From Takakia lepidozioides (Eukaryota > Plantae > Bryophyta), in NCBI GenBank assembly GCA_030704615.1, contig CM060733.1, positions 70,866,001 through 70,930,000 of the forward strand: a stretch of 64,000 nt of DNA. Reading direction: 5' to 3'. Below, one piece after another: positions 1 through 13,399 of the stretch. Within the stretch, counting starts at the first letter, position 1. Each line of letters opens with the position of its first letter. Made by a program: the position numbers and the translations under genes. Below the pieces are notes generated by a model. That model was not told where the DNA came from. It searched no databases and was given only the letters and a program-made list of their open reading frames with translations.

Positions 1-164
1 AGCAGGAGTTGCCGCTGATGAAGAAATGAGGTTTAGGGCCCAGTTTGGGTGCTCCAAGCCAGTGTTCGCTGGTGGTGGTTTCAGAGAAGTAGAACATACA
101 TTTGAGTTGATCACCTTAGCTGAAGCATCCTGCATGGAGGGGGGAATTGCTATCAGTGGGGGCA

Positions 165-899
165 TGTCGCGGCCCTTTGCCTTGAGGGCGGGGGGTCGGG
201 ACACATGAGGTGCTGCCCCTGTGGTGGGGCAGCAACAGCGATAGGTATGGGGGCTGAAGCACCCTTGAGTGCCCTAAGCCCCTTGAGTGCCCAATCACTC
301 AGGGAAGCGGAGGCGCTCACTAGTGGAGCCCCGCACACCGGGTTGCGTGGGGGGGCTCCACAAGGGGTGGTGGTAGCTTAGTGGACTTAGTGGGGTGGCA
401 TAGGACTCACCATGGGGGCGGAGACCTCGTGGTGGGAGTCGTGGGGAGTCTTGGGACTCATCACGGTCCATAGGGGCCGTGGTGAGCGGGCCAAGACTCA
501 CCGCGACTCACCACCGGGAATCGAGGGTCTCGTGGTGGTTCGCCATAAAATGGCATGGCTGGTTTGTGAAACCCCCGCGGACAGCTACAGACGTAATATA
601 GGGAGTAGTAACCCCGAGAACGGTGCAGCCCGTTGGTGACCAAAAACTAGTGATAAGCGATGAGCCGGAATGCGACCAAAGAGTGGGGAGCTGTTCCGGA
701 CTGCCATCTACCAAAGGGAATTCTCCTAGTCCCAATTAGGTGGAGGGTTTTAGAGGGAAGCGAAGGGGGGGACCGTTATGTCCCGGTGAGCAGCCGAAGC
801 TCCAAGTTGGCCCGGCGGCCAGGTTGGGAGTCAGGCGCGCGCCATCAAAGCGAGTAACTATGACTTGAAGGGGAGCTTACCGAAGTGAGGTGCGCGACA
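165..899 (+). repeat. 5' LTR of family A
   Basis: Starts TGTCGCGGCCC, ends GTGCGCGACA, and is a direct repeat of 6415-7142. Confidence 0.96.
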
Positions 900-901
900 C
901 T

Positions 902-913
902 TGGTATCAGAGC
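902..913 (+). promoter_or_regulatory. Primer-binding site (initiator tRNA-Met)
   Basis: TGGTATCAGAGC, 2 nt after the 5' LTR. Confidence 0.93.
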
Positions 914-954
914 TTAGAGTTCAGTACGCGATCGTCCTTGGGATTGGCCTCATC

Positions 955-3900
955 ATGGGGTCGGGCAAGCCGAAGCGAAAGCGGAACGGCCCAAAAGATG
1001 ATGATCCCGGTGAGCCCGATGGGGGCGGCGTGTCACCGAGGCGGCCGTTTGAGGAAGCAATGCATGTTTCCGAAAGCGAGGCCGCCCAAGAGCGGGAGGA
1101 ATCTGAGGAGTCGGAGCCCGAGGAATCCTTGAGAGCTCCGACAAACCAAGAGATGCCTCCCATGCCGGCAGCCTTTTGGGAAGGGTTGTTGGCGCAGTTT
1201 GGTGGGACGTTGAAAGACGTGTTGAAGGCGGCTAATGCCACTTCCGCTAAGGCAAAGTTTAAGGTGAAGCCTAAGGAACCCGACACCTTCGAGGGCGTCC
1301 GAAATCGGAAGGCACTCAACACCTGGCTCTTGGAGCTAGAGCAGTACTTCCGGGCGGCCAAGTTGAGTTACGAGGATCGGGTGGAAGTGGCTCCCACCTA
1401 TTTGAGGGGCTATGCTCAACAATGGTGGCAGAAACGCCTTCACGACCGAGGTCCAAGCCCGGAAACCTTGAACTGGAGTGGGTTCAAGGAATTGATGAAG
1501 AGACAGTTTTTCCCCTCAACGCGTCTGGCTTGCCCGGGACAAGATGAGGAATTTGAAGCAAACAGATGACATTCAGGGGTATGTCCAGGCTTTCAATGTG
1601 CTGTTGCTCGAAGTCGCGGACATGGCAGAACCAGAAATGGTCTTCAACTTTGTGGTGGGACTGGCCCCATGGGCCAGGCGGAAGTTGGAGGAGAAGCCAC
1701 CCAAGACTTTGAACGAGGCTATTGAGAGGGCTGAATGTTTCTCAGATGTCCCTAGGGGTGAAAGACAAGGCCGTACGGAGCTGAACCACAAGAAGATTCG
1801 GCGGGAAGGTGACTCCTTCCGACCGGAAAAGAAGTGGGATAGGCCACGCGGCGAAAATGGCACGTGGAAATCGAAGGGAGGGCCTTCACACGTCAAGGCG
1901 GCACCCGGTGCTTCGAAAGGAAAAGCGGGTGGAGCGGCTTATGGCGGACAGAAGGTGACCTTTGATGGAGTGTGTTTCAATTGCGGGGAGCCCGGGCACA
2001 TGGCCAAGAAGTGCACGAAGCCCCGGCAATTGAACATGACTCGGGCGACCACGGAGCTGTCGGAAGATACCATCAGTCGCTTGATGGAAGCGGTGGTCGC
2101 CAGGACTTGCAAGGTAGGCAAATTTTCTTGTGAGTTGTATCAGGAAACTGGCGCCTTACGAAAAGGGAGTCAGTTATTGTTCGTGGATGGGATAATATCC
2201 GGAACTAATGTGTCGTTGTTGGTGGACACAGGAGCGTCGCACTCCTTCATGACACCTGCAACGGCACAAAAGCTGGGACTCCCGACAAGTGACGTGGGGG
2301 CCTCTATTGAGGTGCGTTCTGCCAAAGGAGAACCACAGTTGGCGACAAGATTGGCGATTGATGTTCCTCTTCAACTGGGGAGTTGGGAGGGACGTGAGAA
2401 CTTCACCATCTGCGAGATCGATGGAGTGGATCTCATTTTGGGGATGACCTTTTTGAGCAAATCCGGAGCGGTCATAGATGGCCGCAAGAGAGTAGTCACG
2501 CTGCCATGTGGGAATGGTGGCGAGGTTTTACGAGTGTTTGAAACGCCCAAATCCGTGGGAGGGCGAATAAACCTTCTGTCAGCAAAGGAGTGGGCCGTGG
2601 AGGAGGCACACGAGCCCCAGTTTTTGCTTTACGTTAGAGAAGTGAAAGGAGAAGGCGATGGGGAGCCGAGCCCAGATTGGATCAAGGGGATTTTGGAGAA
2701 ATACCAGGATGTGATGCCGGAGGATTTACCAAGCGGCTTGCCACCGCGAAGAGGAGTTGACCACAAGATTGAGGTGATACCGGGATCGGAACCGCCTGCC
2801 AAGGCGCCCTACCGGTTGAGCCACAGAGAATTGGTCGAGCTGAAGACTCAGCTCAAGGATCTAATGTCAAAGGGGTACATCCGGCCGAGTAAGTCACCTT
2901 ACGGAGCCCCGGTGCTATTTGCAGACAAGAAAGATGGGACGCTGTGGATGTGTGTCGATTACAGGGCTCTGAATAAGGTGACTATCAAAAACCGGTACCC
3001 TTTGCCAAGGATCGACGACCTCTTCGATCGGTTGGCAGGAGCGAAGTATTTCAGCCGGATCGACTTGCGCTCCGGCTATCACCAAATTCGGGTGGCGGAA
3101 GGAGATGAGGAGAAGACCGCGTGCAGGACAAGGTATGGTTCATATGAGTTCTTGGTGATGCCTTTTGGGCTCACCAATGCACCAGCGACATTTAGCACGC
3201 TGATGAACAGCCTTTTCCAGGAGTGGTTGGATGACTTTGTGATCGTGTACATCGACGACATCTTGGTGTACTCGAAAACAAAGGAAGAGCACCTGGAGCA
3301 CCTCAAAAGGGTATTCCAGAAATTACGGGAAGAGAAGTTGTATGCCAAAGCTTCAAAGTGCGAATTCGGGGTCACAAAAGTGGAGTTCTTGGGGCATGTG
3401 ATTACACAGGATGGGATCAAAATGGATGACAGAAAGGTGAGAGCAATCTTGGACTGGGAGCCTCCGACTTCGGTCCAGAAGTGCGATCCTTCTTAAGACT
3501 GGCCTCCTATTACCGAAAGTATGTGAGAAATTTCGCCAAGATCGCGGGGCCGCTGTCAGACCTCCTGTGTAAATCCAAAGTCTGGGTATGGAACACCTTT
3601 TGTGGCCAAGCTTTTGCCAAGTTGAAGCAGCGGATGGCGGAAGCTCCAGTCCTGAAAATCCCGGAGTTCGATCGCCCATTTGAGATTCATTCGGATGCGT
3701 TGAACTTCGCGAATGGAGGTGTACTCATGCAGGATGGACATCCAGTGGCTTACGAAAGTAAGAAACTGAATGAAGTAGAGCGACAGTGGCCGACGCACGA
3801 AAAAGAGATGAAGACGGTGGTGCACTGCCTTGAGCTTTGGCGCCACTATGTTGGTTCCAACCCAGTGAAGGTGTTCACGGACAATGTCACGGTGAAGTAT

Positions 3901-5566
3901 TTTGCCACGCAGCCCAAGTTGTCCCCAAAACAACTTAGGTGGCAAGATACTTTGGCGGTGTTCGACGTGGATATCCAGTACAAACCGGGACGAGACAACG
4001 TGGTGGCCGATGCTTTAAGTAGAAAGCAGCAGCTCTTGTTGGTGTACAAGGGCAAGACGACGCTCCAAAGGAAGATCCGGAAGGCTTACCGGAAGGATGA
4101 GCTGACGAAGTCCGTGATGCAGGACTTGAGGATGGGGATTAAATCGCAGTTCCACTTGCAAAATGGACTGCTCCGGTATAAGCAAAAACGTCTCTACGTG
4201 CCAAAGGGAGGGATCAGAGATAGCCTCTTGAGAGAATGTCATGATAGCCCGCTTGTGGGCCACGGCGGAGCCAAGCGCACTGCGGCACTCTTGAAGAAAG
4301 AGTATTTCTGGCCCAAACTGAGGGAGGAGGTAGAGGAGTATGTCAAGACATGCACCACATGCCAACAAAACCGGAGCGAGTACAAAAAGCAAGCGGGGCT
4401 GTTATAACCCTTGCCGATTCCAGAGGGGACTTGGGAAAGCGTCTCGATGGATTTCATGACTGCTATGCCGCTGTCAAAAGGATTCGATGCAATCATGGTG
4501 GTGGTGGATAGGTTCAGTAAAATGGGTCATTTCATCCCAACCAAGGAGACGGCAACGGCGCAGGAGACAGGGCGACTTTACTTCGCCCACGTCTTAAAGC
4601 ATCATGGAGTCCCGAAGGATATTGTCTCGGATCGCGATCCAAAGTTTACGAGTAAATTTTGGAGGACACTTTGGAAGAAGATGGGGACGAGGCTGAAGAT
4701 GAGCACCGCCTTCCGACCTACGACCGACGGCCAAACAGAAAGGGTGAATTCCGTAGTGAAGCAGATCTTGCGGAATTACGTGTCGGCAGACCAAACAGAC
4801 TGGGTGGAACACTTAGACGCGGCAGAGTTCTGTTATAATAACACAGAACACTCCGCAACGGGAGTTTCCCTTTGTATTGGTCTATGGAAAAGCACCTCTG
4901 GTGCCGACAAGTTGGGCCGCCCAGGACGTTGAGGAACCGGCAGTAGCGGCGGTACTGGAAGAACGCGAGCGTTTGTTGAAGCTCGCAAAGTACAATATTG
5001 CCAAAGCTAGGAAACGGTATGAAAGGCAGGCAAATCGGAAGCGGAGGGAAGTGAAGTTTGAGGCAGGCACAGAGGTCTGTTGAACATCAAGAATTTCCGA
5101 CTACCTCCGGAAGTGAGTCCAAAGTTCGTACCTCCGTATGCGGGACCTTTTCGCATTCGGAAGGTTATGAATGAGGATGTGTATGAATTGGAGCTGCCGG
5201 CAAACAGCAAGGTGCACCCAGTATTCCATGTCTCCCTTTTGAAGCCCTTACTTCAAAGATGAAGCGCGTCCGAATCGGCATCAAGTGTTGCGTCCGCCAC
5301 CTATGCTGTTGGATCATGAAAATGAACCTGAGTACGAGGTAGAGGCAATACTTAAGTCGAGGAGGTTCAGGAACCGAGAAACGGAGTATCTCGTCAAATG
5401 GAAGGGCTATCATCATGTGGAGGCATCTTGGGTGCGTGCCTCAGAAATGGGAACGCATCCGAGGCGGTTGCAGCTTTCGAAGGACGACCTCAAAAACGGA
5501 AGAAGTGTTGATGGGGACATCAACCTTGGAGCGTGGGGGAGGAAATGCATGCTTAGCCCGGTTTAG
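955..5566 (+). pseudogene. gag-pol polyprotein with frameshifts and stops
   Basis: Gag with [14 protein letters not shown] knuckle, protease [17 protein letters not shown] and YIDD, RNase H, integrase HDSPLVGH..CTTC and SDRD..TDGQTE, GPF motif, chromodomain YEVEAIL..YLVKWKGY. Breaks near 1520, 3480, 4405, 4870, 5075 and 5250. Confidence 0.95.
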
Positions 5567-6414
5567 CTAGCTCAGAAATCCGATTGCAAAAACTTGTATT
5601 GTACAAAAATTTGTTATAAAGGAAATGGGTTCCAAATATTGTGCGTCATATTGTGTTTGGAATGGTGATGCATGGTGTGGTTGGCTAGTGTGTAGAATGC
5701 ATGCTAGCTTACAAAAGTGGGAGAGGTAAATTGGGTTAATCGTGTGTTTGCGTACTGCCGAAATCGGGTGACTCCATCCAAGGGGCAAGGAAACTTGCGC
5801 CTTCTTTGGGAGTTCACGTGCTAGTGCGCACCTGGCGCGTGCGCGTACTATAACTGCGCTACCGAGGGGGTTGCCTTGTAGTGCGGGCTAACGCGGAAGC
5901 TACGTGCTTCCGTTCACGTACTATAATCGTGTAGCCTCGGGACGAAGTCGTAGTGCGGCTTTGGCGTGTTCCCGTACCTCAGGCCAGCATTCCAAGGCGG
6001 ACCCAATTGTAGTGATTGGGGCGTACGGTTGGTTCAAGGTTATCTTCATAGTCAAAGAAAGTTCCAGGTGAACCCTTGCTCAAGGTGATGCCAAAAGCGG
6101 CATCATGAGCGATCGCAAGCAATGTTGTTGCAGTAAGGCGATTCGATCCTCGGGGAGGATCGTTCCTTGGCCTTGAAGTAGGCCAAGAAGAGTGCACTGG
6201 GAGGAGCTGGAGAGGCTCCACCCTTGGCCGGGACTTGGAGGAAGTCGGCCGAACTAGCTAGTGGAGAGTAGAGTCAAGTGGGGTTTGGTTCTTTGCCATG
6301 GGACGCCATGGTACGGAAACAAACTCCTTGATGTGGGACGCCACAACTTGGATGTTCGTTTCTACAAAATGGACAAGTCGATGAGGACATCGACTCCCTG
6401 TTGGTAGGGGTGTG

Positions 6415-7142
6415 TGTCACGGCCCTTTGCCTTGAGGGTGGGGGGTCGGGACACATGAGGGGCTGCTCCTGTGGTGGGGGCAGCAACAGCGATAGGTATG
6501 GGGGGCTGAAGCACCCTTGAGTGCCCAAGGCACTCAGGGAAGCGGAGGCGCTCACTAGGTGGAGCCCCGCACACCGGGTTGCGGTGGGGGTGGCTCCACA
6601 AGGGGTGGTGGTAGCTTAGTGGGACTTAGTGGGGGTGGCATAGGACTCACCATGGGGGTGGAGACCTCGTGGTGGGAGTCGTGGGGAGTCTTGGGACTCA
6701 TCACGGTCCATAGGGGCCGTGGTGAACGGGCCAAGACTCACCGCGACTCACCACCGGGAATCGAGGGTCTTCGTGGTGGTTCGCCATAAAATGGCATGGC
6801 TGGTTGTGAAACCCCCGCGGACAGCTACAGAAGTATATATATGGAGTAGTAACCCCGAGAACGGTGCAAGCCCGTTGGTGACCAAAAACTAGTGAGTAAG
6901 CGAGCGAGCCGGAAAGCGACCAAAGAGTGGGGAGCTGTTCCGGACTGCCATCTACCAAAGGGAATTCTCCTAGTCCCAATTAGGTGGAGGGTTTAGAGGG
7001 AAGCGAAGGGGGGGACCGTTATGTCCCGGTGAGCAGCCGAAGCTCCAAGTTGGCCCGGGCGGCCAGGTTGGGAGTCAGGCGCGCGCATCAAAGCGAGTAA
7101 CTATGACTTGAAGGGGAGCTTACCGAAGTGAGGTGCGCGACA
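6415..7142 (+). repeat. 3' LTR of family A
   Basis: Direct repeat of 165-899, preceded by a short purine-rich tract (GGTAGGGG). Confidence 0.96.
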
Positions 7143-8275
7143 GGGCATGTCCACCTTGATTGGGGAGTTGCGTTTCCTTTTTCCATCTGGGCAGTCTATT
7201 TTCATGTGGCCTTGCTTTCCACAATTGAAGCATGCTGTTCCAAGAGAGTCCTCCATCAACTTGACTGTAAAATAGTTGCCTTTGATGTCAATGGGCAACT
7301 TGATGTAATTTGGAATTTTGTCTTCGTTGGGCATCATAATCACTATTTTTGGTAATCCATTTTCCTTCAGTTTTGACGCAATGGTGACTCATTTCCATGC
7401 TTCTTCTTGCCTTAGATTGTCCAAGCACATCTCCGGGTCAAAGACTGCAAGGCAGCCTAAGTAGGCACCAAGTGCATTCCCCAATGTTGGGTAGAAAGTA
7501 CAGGTATTGATCAGGAATGTTTGCAAGAGTAATAATCCTTGGAGCCCAAATCTTCCCGTTCCTGTTCCCCATATGGGAATTCCAGGGGAAGATATTCACA
7601 TTAAGGCCCAGTCTGTGAGGATTAAAAGCCAAAGCCTTATCAGCTGCAGCCTTTGATTCAAACATAATTGAAAAGAATCCTCGTCCCCTTGGGATGGCAA
7701 TAGTGTTGTTGAAGATCGCCAGAGCCACCAAGGTGCGAGGTCACCCATTCTCTAACGGAAGCTCTTTCTTGCTTTTTCCCCGGAAAGTGCACAAGGATTC
7801 CACGCTCTTGGCAATCCACCACTTTGGCTTGAAGACAATCAAAGTCAATAGGGATTGAAAGAGCTGCCTCCTCCATTTCAGCTTAACAGTCGCCCATGTC
7901 TTCCTCTTCCGATACTGCCTCATCAGACTCGATTGGAAGACTAGAGGCTGGGGGGGGGCTCAGAGCGATCCACCGATGAACCCGTAGCGAGGGTCCGCGC
8001 GTTGTCCATACGGCCAGTGGGAAGATCTTGATGGGCCTGATGGGCCAGTGCTGAGGGGGGCTCAAAGCGATCCACGAAGAACCTGTAGCTAGGGCCCGAG
8101 CGTTGTCCATACGGCCAGTGGCAAGAGCCTGATGGGCCAGGAAAAAGGCATCTTCCGATTGCCCCAAGGGTCTTGCAGATTGAGGAACTTGAAGAATAGA
8201 TCTGTCGATGCGGTTCCTTGGGTTGCCTCTGCTGTTTTCGCCTTGGTAGTAAGGACCCATGGTAGCTACAGTCAC
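7143..8275 (-). mobile_element. LINE (L1-like) ORF1 remnant, interrupted by the Gypsy insertion and continuing at 1-164
   Basis: DUF4283-like RGRGFFSIMFES..KAL segment and CFNCGKQGHMKIDC zinc knuckle in fragmented minus-strand ORFs, abutting the TSD. Confidence 0.75.
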
Positions 8276-10040
8276 CTCTTGATGCTTAAAGCACAGTGTT
8301 GAGACCCGCGAGATCGCTCAAAAAAACTCAGAAGACAAGTGAACTGGTGAAGCGTGCGGGAGGATTGAGAAGCTGGCTAAAGGTGGTGGAGGGATGGATG
8401 AGGCAGAAGACGGCGGGTAGTCCCTTACAGCCTTAATTGGATCACTGATGCAGCCAGGCTTTTAGTTCACAATTTAGAGGCCGGGGGCGCATTGAAGTTG
8501 AGGATTTCTTGAGATTAGCACCAGGATAAAGGTAGAAGTTTTCTAGCTAGGGTTGCGCGAGAAAGATGAAGGGGGGGGGATGATCGAACACGCTGGAAAG
8601 TGGATTTTGCAGATTATCTTGTTTAGATGTAAAAAAACCCTTGCTGGTTTAGAAGAAGTAGCTAGAGCGAGGTCACGAGGAGTAGGCAGTGTTTAGTGTT
8701 TTTCTTTCTGGCGAAAAATCGCCAGATTTCGAAATTATGGGGGGTAAGATCCGAGATTTTCACCAAAAAGCAGCCAGAGATAAATTTCAGGAGCCTAATC
8801 TTGCCTACGTGGACCAATGAAAACGTGACACCTGGAATATAGCAACTTTTGTCAATCGCAATGCAGATGGGTTGAGTCGCAAGTCACCTTGATATTCTCG
8901 CCACATAGGCACTGGGTGGAATCCACAGGTGGCCCCCACCAAGGCATGGAGTGGGCGGGTCCCACATGTGTGGGACGGGCTTGGGAGTCTCAGGAGGTGC
9001 GCGGGTGGGACCAGGGAGCCATAGTCATTACGACGTGGCTACCGAGAATTCGCAAGGTCCATTTAAGGTTCGTCTACCTACCTTAGTGGAGCGCAAAACA
9101 TCCAACCTTTTCTGCGCTGCGTGCCAGTACAAATGTGCTAAGAGGAACGGAGATCGCTTTGCTAAACTTTGACAAATTTCGGTTGTGAAAATGTCACTGT
9201 GGTTAATCTTCAGCCGTTGATCTGGAGGCTTGGGAGGCGTGGATGGGGGATAGCAGGAGTGAGGAAGGACGATGGATGGGTGGGCATCGAGGAACGGGGG
9301 CATTGTGTGCGAATGCACGCCCCAACAAACACCGAGTGACCCTGCTCTGACCCTGCTCTTACCGTCACTCTACCACATTTTCCGCCTGGGAGAGGAGTTG
9401 CTGAAAACAGCTTTGAAACTCTCCGAAAACTAGTTGTCAGACTGGTACCCTCCCACTCTGCTTGCATTAGGTCTGCATTTTTGATCAGTTTGATCTGTAT
9501 AGGTTTTTTTTTTGGTTGGTTCTTGAACAGCATCCGGAGGCTTAGGGTATCGGCCGTGGCTAGATAGGGCGGATGCTTTCCTGGAAAAGTGGGCGGATTG
9601 AAGGTGTGGATGTGGACACTGAGGAGAGGGTTGGGGGAGCGGCATGGCGATGGTGGCAGGGTCTGACGAGATGTTCGGCAGCAGGCTTTCAAGGATCCAA
9701 TACTGGTCATGAGGTCGCCATTGCCATTACCCTTCTCCACTGTACCAAGTTGTCTCGCAGATAGTCGGACAGAGGGCATGTCCCCAGCATTCAATCGGGT
9801 TTGTTGTGGATCACTCCTATGATAGCCGTGGTAGTGGGGTTTTGGATAGCACAATGACATGCTGCTGAGGGTAGTGACAGCAACGTGGCTGGAAATTGTT
9901 GACCTGTAACAGCAACCCGCACAAGCAGTGGTGGCCTCCTGGACAACAGCACAGAGGGTTTTGGTTTTAGGGCTCGCATGCGTGTTCTTACAGCGTACAG
10001 GCAGGAGAAGACAGAGACGGGTAAGGATAGGTAGCTAGGC

Positions 10041-12091
10041 ATGGTTTTCAAACTGAAGCGCGTGATCCAGCGCGGCAACAAGGGTACCAAGGCCGACAGC
10101 AACAATGATGCGGCATGGTCAGCTTCAGCGCCTGGAACTTCTGCATCATCAACGCCAGCAATGGTCACTCCACAGACAGCGGCCAGCAAACCTAGCACAA
10201 ATGCAGGGGTTGTTCGAGGACCGGTTGTGCCGGTGTCTCGAACCACGGTTCCAGCCGTTCTCGCTGTCCCAGCACAACGCTTTGCGAAAGAAAAGACTGC
10301 CAATGGCAGCTTTGAGCCGTTGCCATCATTTAGAGATGTACCAAGCTCGGATAGACAGAATCTTTTCATTAGGAAACTTAATCTGTGCTGCTACATTTTC
10401 GACTTCACAGACCTTTCTAAGAACGTAAAAGAGAAGGAAATCAAGCGGCAAACCCTACTGGAGTTGGTGGACTATGTGACCTCAGGAACGGGCAAGTTCA
10501 CTGAAGCAGTGTTTGAAGACATCACTAAAATGCTGGTGACTAATCTCTTCCGCACCTTGCCCCCCTCCTCTCATGAAAACACAGGCTCTGACAACTTTGA
10601 TCCAGAAGAGGAAGAGCCAACTATGGAACCTGCTTGGCCACATTTGCAAATTGTTTATGAGTTTCTGTTACGGTATGTTGTCTCATCTGAAACAGATGCA
10701 AAGTTTGCAAAGAGATACATTGATCATTCATTTGTGCTCAGATTACTAGACCTTTTTGACTCTGAGGATCCAAGGGAACGAGAGTACTTAAAAACTATAT
10801 TGCACCGCATTTATGGCAAGTTCATGGTTCACCGCCCCTTCATCCGGAAGGCTATCAACAACATCTTCTATCGGTTTATTTTTGAGACTGAAAAGCACAA
10901 TGGCATAGCTGAGCTGTTGGAGATTCTGGGCAGCATCATCAACGGATTTGCTTTACCTTTGAAAGAGGAGCACAAGCTGTTTCTAGTGCGGGCACTGATT
11001 CCTTTGCACAAGCCAAAATGTGTGTCCATGTATCATCAACAGCTTTCTTATTGTATAATTCAATTTGTGGAGAAGGACTTCAAATTGGCAGACACTGTAG
11101 TCAGGGGCCTGCTGAAGTACTGGCCTGTCATAAACAGTCAAAAGGAGGTTCTGTTCCTGGGAGAGTTGGAGGAAGTCTTGGAGGCCACCCAAGCTGCTGA
11201 GTTTCAGCGCTGCATGGTCCCTCTGTTTCGACAAATTGGTCGCTGTCTCAATAGTTCACATTTTCAGGTGAGTGCTTTGCCTCTGTGCTGCCCTCTCGGT
11301 AGTTAGGCATCCATTTGATGGCTATGATAGGTACTCTTGCAGCTATTCATAGTCCGGTGTTGTACTGGGCTCAATCAAATGTTGGTTGTGTCTATCTCAT
11401 AGTAAAGGTCGTATCAGACTAGGGTACGCAGAACTGGTCATTGAGAACCCAATCTAAAGACAAATGTGTGTCAATTGGTTCGTCTCAAGGAGGTCATACC
11501 TTCTTGGGTTTGGGTATAGCAGTGCATGTTGGGTGTTTGAACTTCGAATAAAAGCCCTTCCTTTCTTTCTCTTCCTTTCTCTGCTTAAACACAGAGTAAA
11601 TCAAACTGGGAACAGCGACTTTTATGGTCATCCGCCTTGCCATCCATCAACATGGGGGTTGCTGTCAATTTGCTCAGGTGGCAGAGCGTGCATTGTTTTT
11701 GTGGAACAACGACCACATTGTGAGCCTGGTGGCACAGAACCGGAAGGTGGTGCTACCCTTGATCTTCACATCGCTGGAGAGGAATACTCGCAGCCATTGG
11801 AACCAGGCAGTGCATGGGCTTACTCTCAATGTGCGCAAAATGTTTCTGGAGATGGACCAGGAGCTCTTCCAGGAATGTCAGCGGAAATTCCAGGACGATG
11901 AGGCTAAGGCTAAGGGACTTGAAGAGAAGCGTGAAGTTATATGGAAGCGTCTTGAAGCTGCTGCTGCCACACACAATAACACCAATAGTATTGCTACTTC
12001 TGACGGCTTGTTGGGCACACCGGCTGCATTGAATAATAACGTGGGGAGTGGGCTTCCACTGCAAGGCCAGAGGGCTGTAGTGGGAAGCTAG
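10041..12091 (+). CDS. Protein phosphatase 2A regulatory subunit B' (B56 family). Exons 10041-11267 and 11678-12091, ~546 aa.
   Basis: Motifs [55 protein letters not shown] and SSHFQ|VAERAL. GT-AG intron at 11268-11677 joins the exons in frame. Confidence 0.97.
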
Positions 12092-13399
12092 CTTTCTAGT
12101 CTAGGCAATGTGCACGGGCTGTGCCAGTGCATAGAGAGACATTGTCAATTTAGTCAAAGGGAGCTCGTTGTTGTTGCGCTTCCCAACCTCTTCTCCTTCC
12201 CCCCCCTAGAAATTGTGGGGATTCTGCCTGGCTTTGGGCCGAAAGATTGACAAGGTGTGCATCGTTCTCTCTTATGGGTGATGGCAGACGCAGGTCAAAT
12301 GTGGACTGCAAATTATAAAGCATACAGCGGGGTTTCCAGTCTGGGAAATGAAGGGGAACTGGGGGTGGAAGGGTCAGGAGTGGAGAGGGTTTGTGCAAGG
12401 AGGCCTACAAATTTCATATGTGGTATTCTGTCGAAGTTGTCTGTTTCCTTTTTTCTTCCTCCTCTATTTGGGGGCAGGGCACCCAGGAGTTTGAGCTGGG
12501 GCGAGGAGGGCTGGGTAGATTGGTTGTTGACTTTGTTTGGGCAGCTTGTCTGCTTTCATTGTTTGGTGTAAAGAGACAGCCTGGTCTTGGTCCCTCCGAG
12601 GCTCTATCACGTATGCCTTTTCATATCAATGGACTAATGGGGCCATGAGGGAGAGAGAGAGAGGGAGAGGGAGGGGAGGTGGTTGGTTGGACCAATGTTC
12701 TTAACTAGGAGATGAGAGGCCCCTCCTGTCACAACATTCTCTGATATGTCCAAGAAATTGCTTGCAAGTAAGCTATGGCTCATAGAGTGTTGTAAGGGTG
12801 CAGTGCTAGCCTGCCAGGTCACCAGGGGGAGGATTCTGAGAACTGGGAGTATATAGGGACTCATCTCTGCCATGGAAGCGTTTGCACTGCATCAGTGTGG
12901 AAGGAGAGGGAGACAAGTTGGTTTTGGTGCACAGGTGAAGTTATACTTATTGCTAGTTGAGCATGCCTTGATTGGTGCAAACTTTACTGGCCAATCAAGC
13001 TATCACTGATGTCTTCCATCTGATGCAGAGGACCTTTGCTTTTCTGTATTTCCCTCTTCTGTAAGGACTCATGTCTCCTCTCTTTTGGAGGTCTGGGTTG
13101 CTCATATTTTATCCTGGCTAGGTTGCCTTCTGTAATGACGGTCAAATTTTTTGTTTGATCTTTCTCTGTGGCTTAAGTATATTTTGGCTCTCTATGAGCA
13201 TTGAAAACTTTTCTTCTCAAAAGGCAGGAATTTCTCTGGCATGAATACGATGTTTCCCATGATTACATGGTTTACGTTTTCTACTTTCCATCTGTTGTTC
13301 TGAATCCGTCTTCACCATATCCTTGTGTGGCTTTGCTTTGTCGGGCTCTGCAGGAAGGTAAAGACTGTGCATTGCCGCTACTGTTTCCACTTGCAACAA

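Larger units (their letters stand above)
165..7142 (+). mobile_element. Full-length Ty3/Gypsy chromovirus LTR retrotransposon (family A)
   Basis: Two ~730-bp LTRs with TGTC..GACA ends. 5-bp target-site duplication GGGCA at 160-164 and 7143-7147. tRNA-Met PBS. Domain order gag-PR-RT-RH-IN-chromodomain. Confidence 0.97.

Noticed and set aside
3470-3500. Programmed ribosomal frameshift in pol
   Set aside because: It lies at the RT/RNase H junction, has no slippery site, and is one of several indels, so mutation or sequencing error is more likely.
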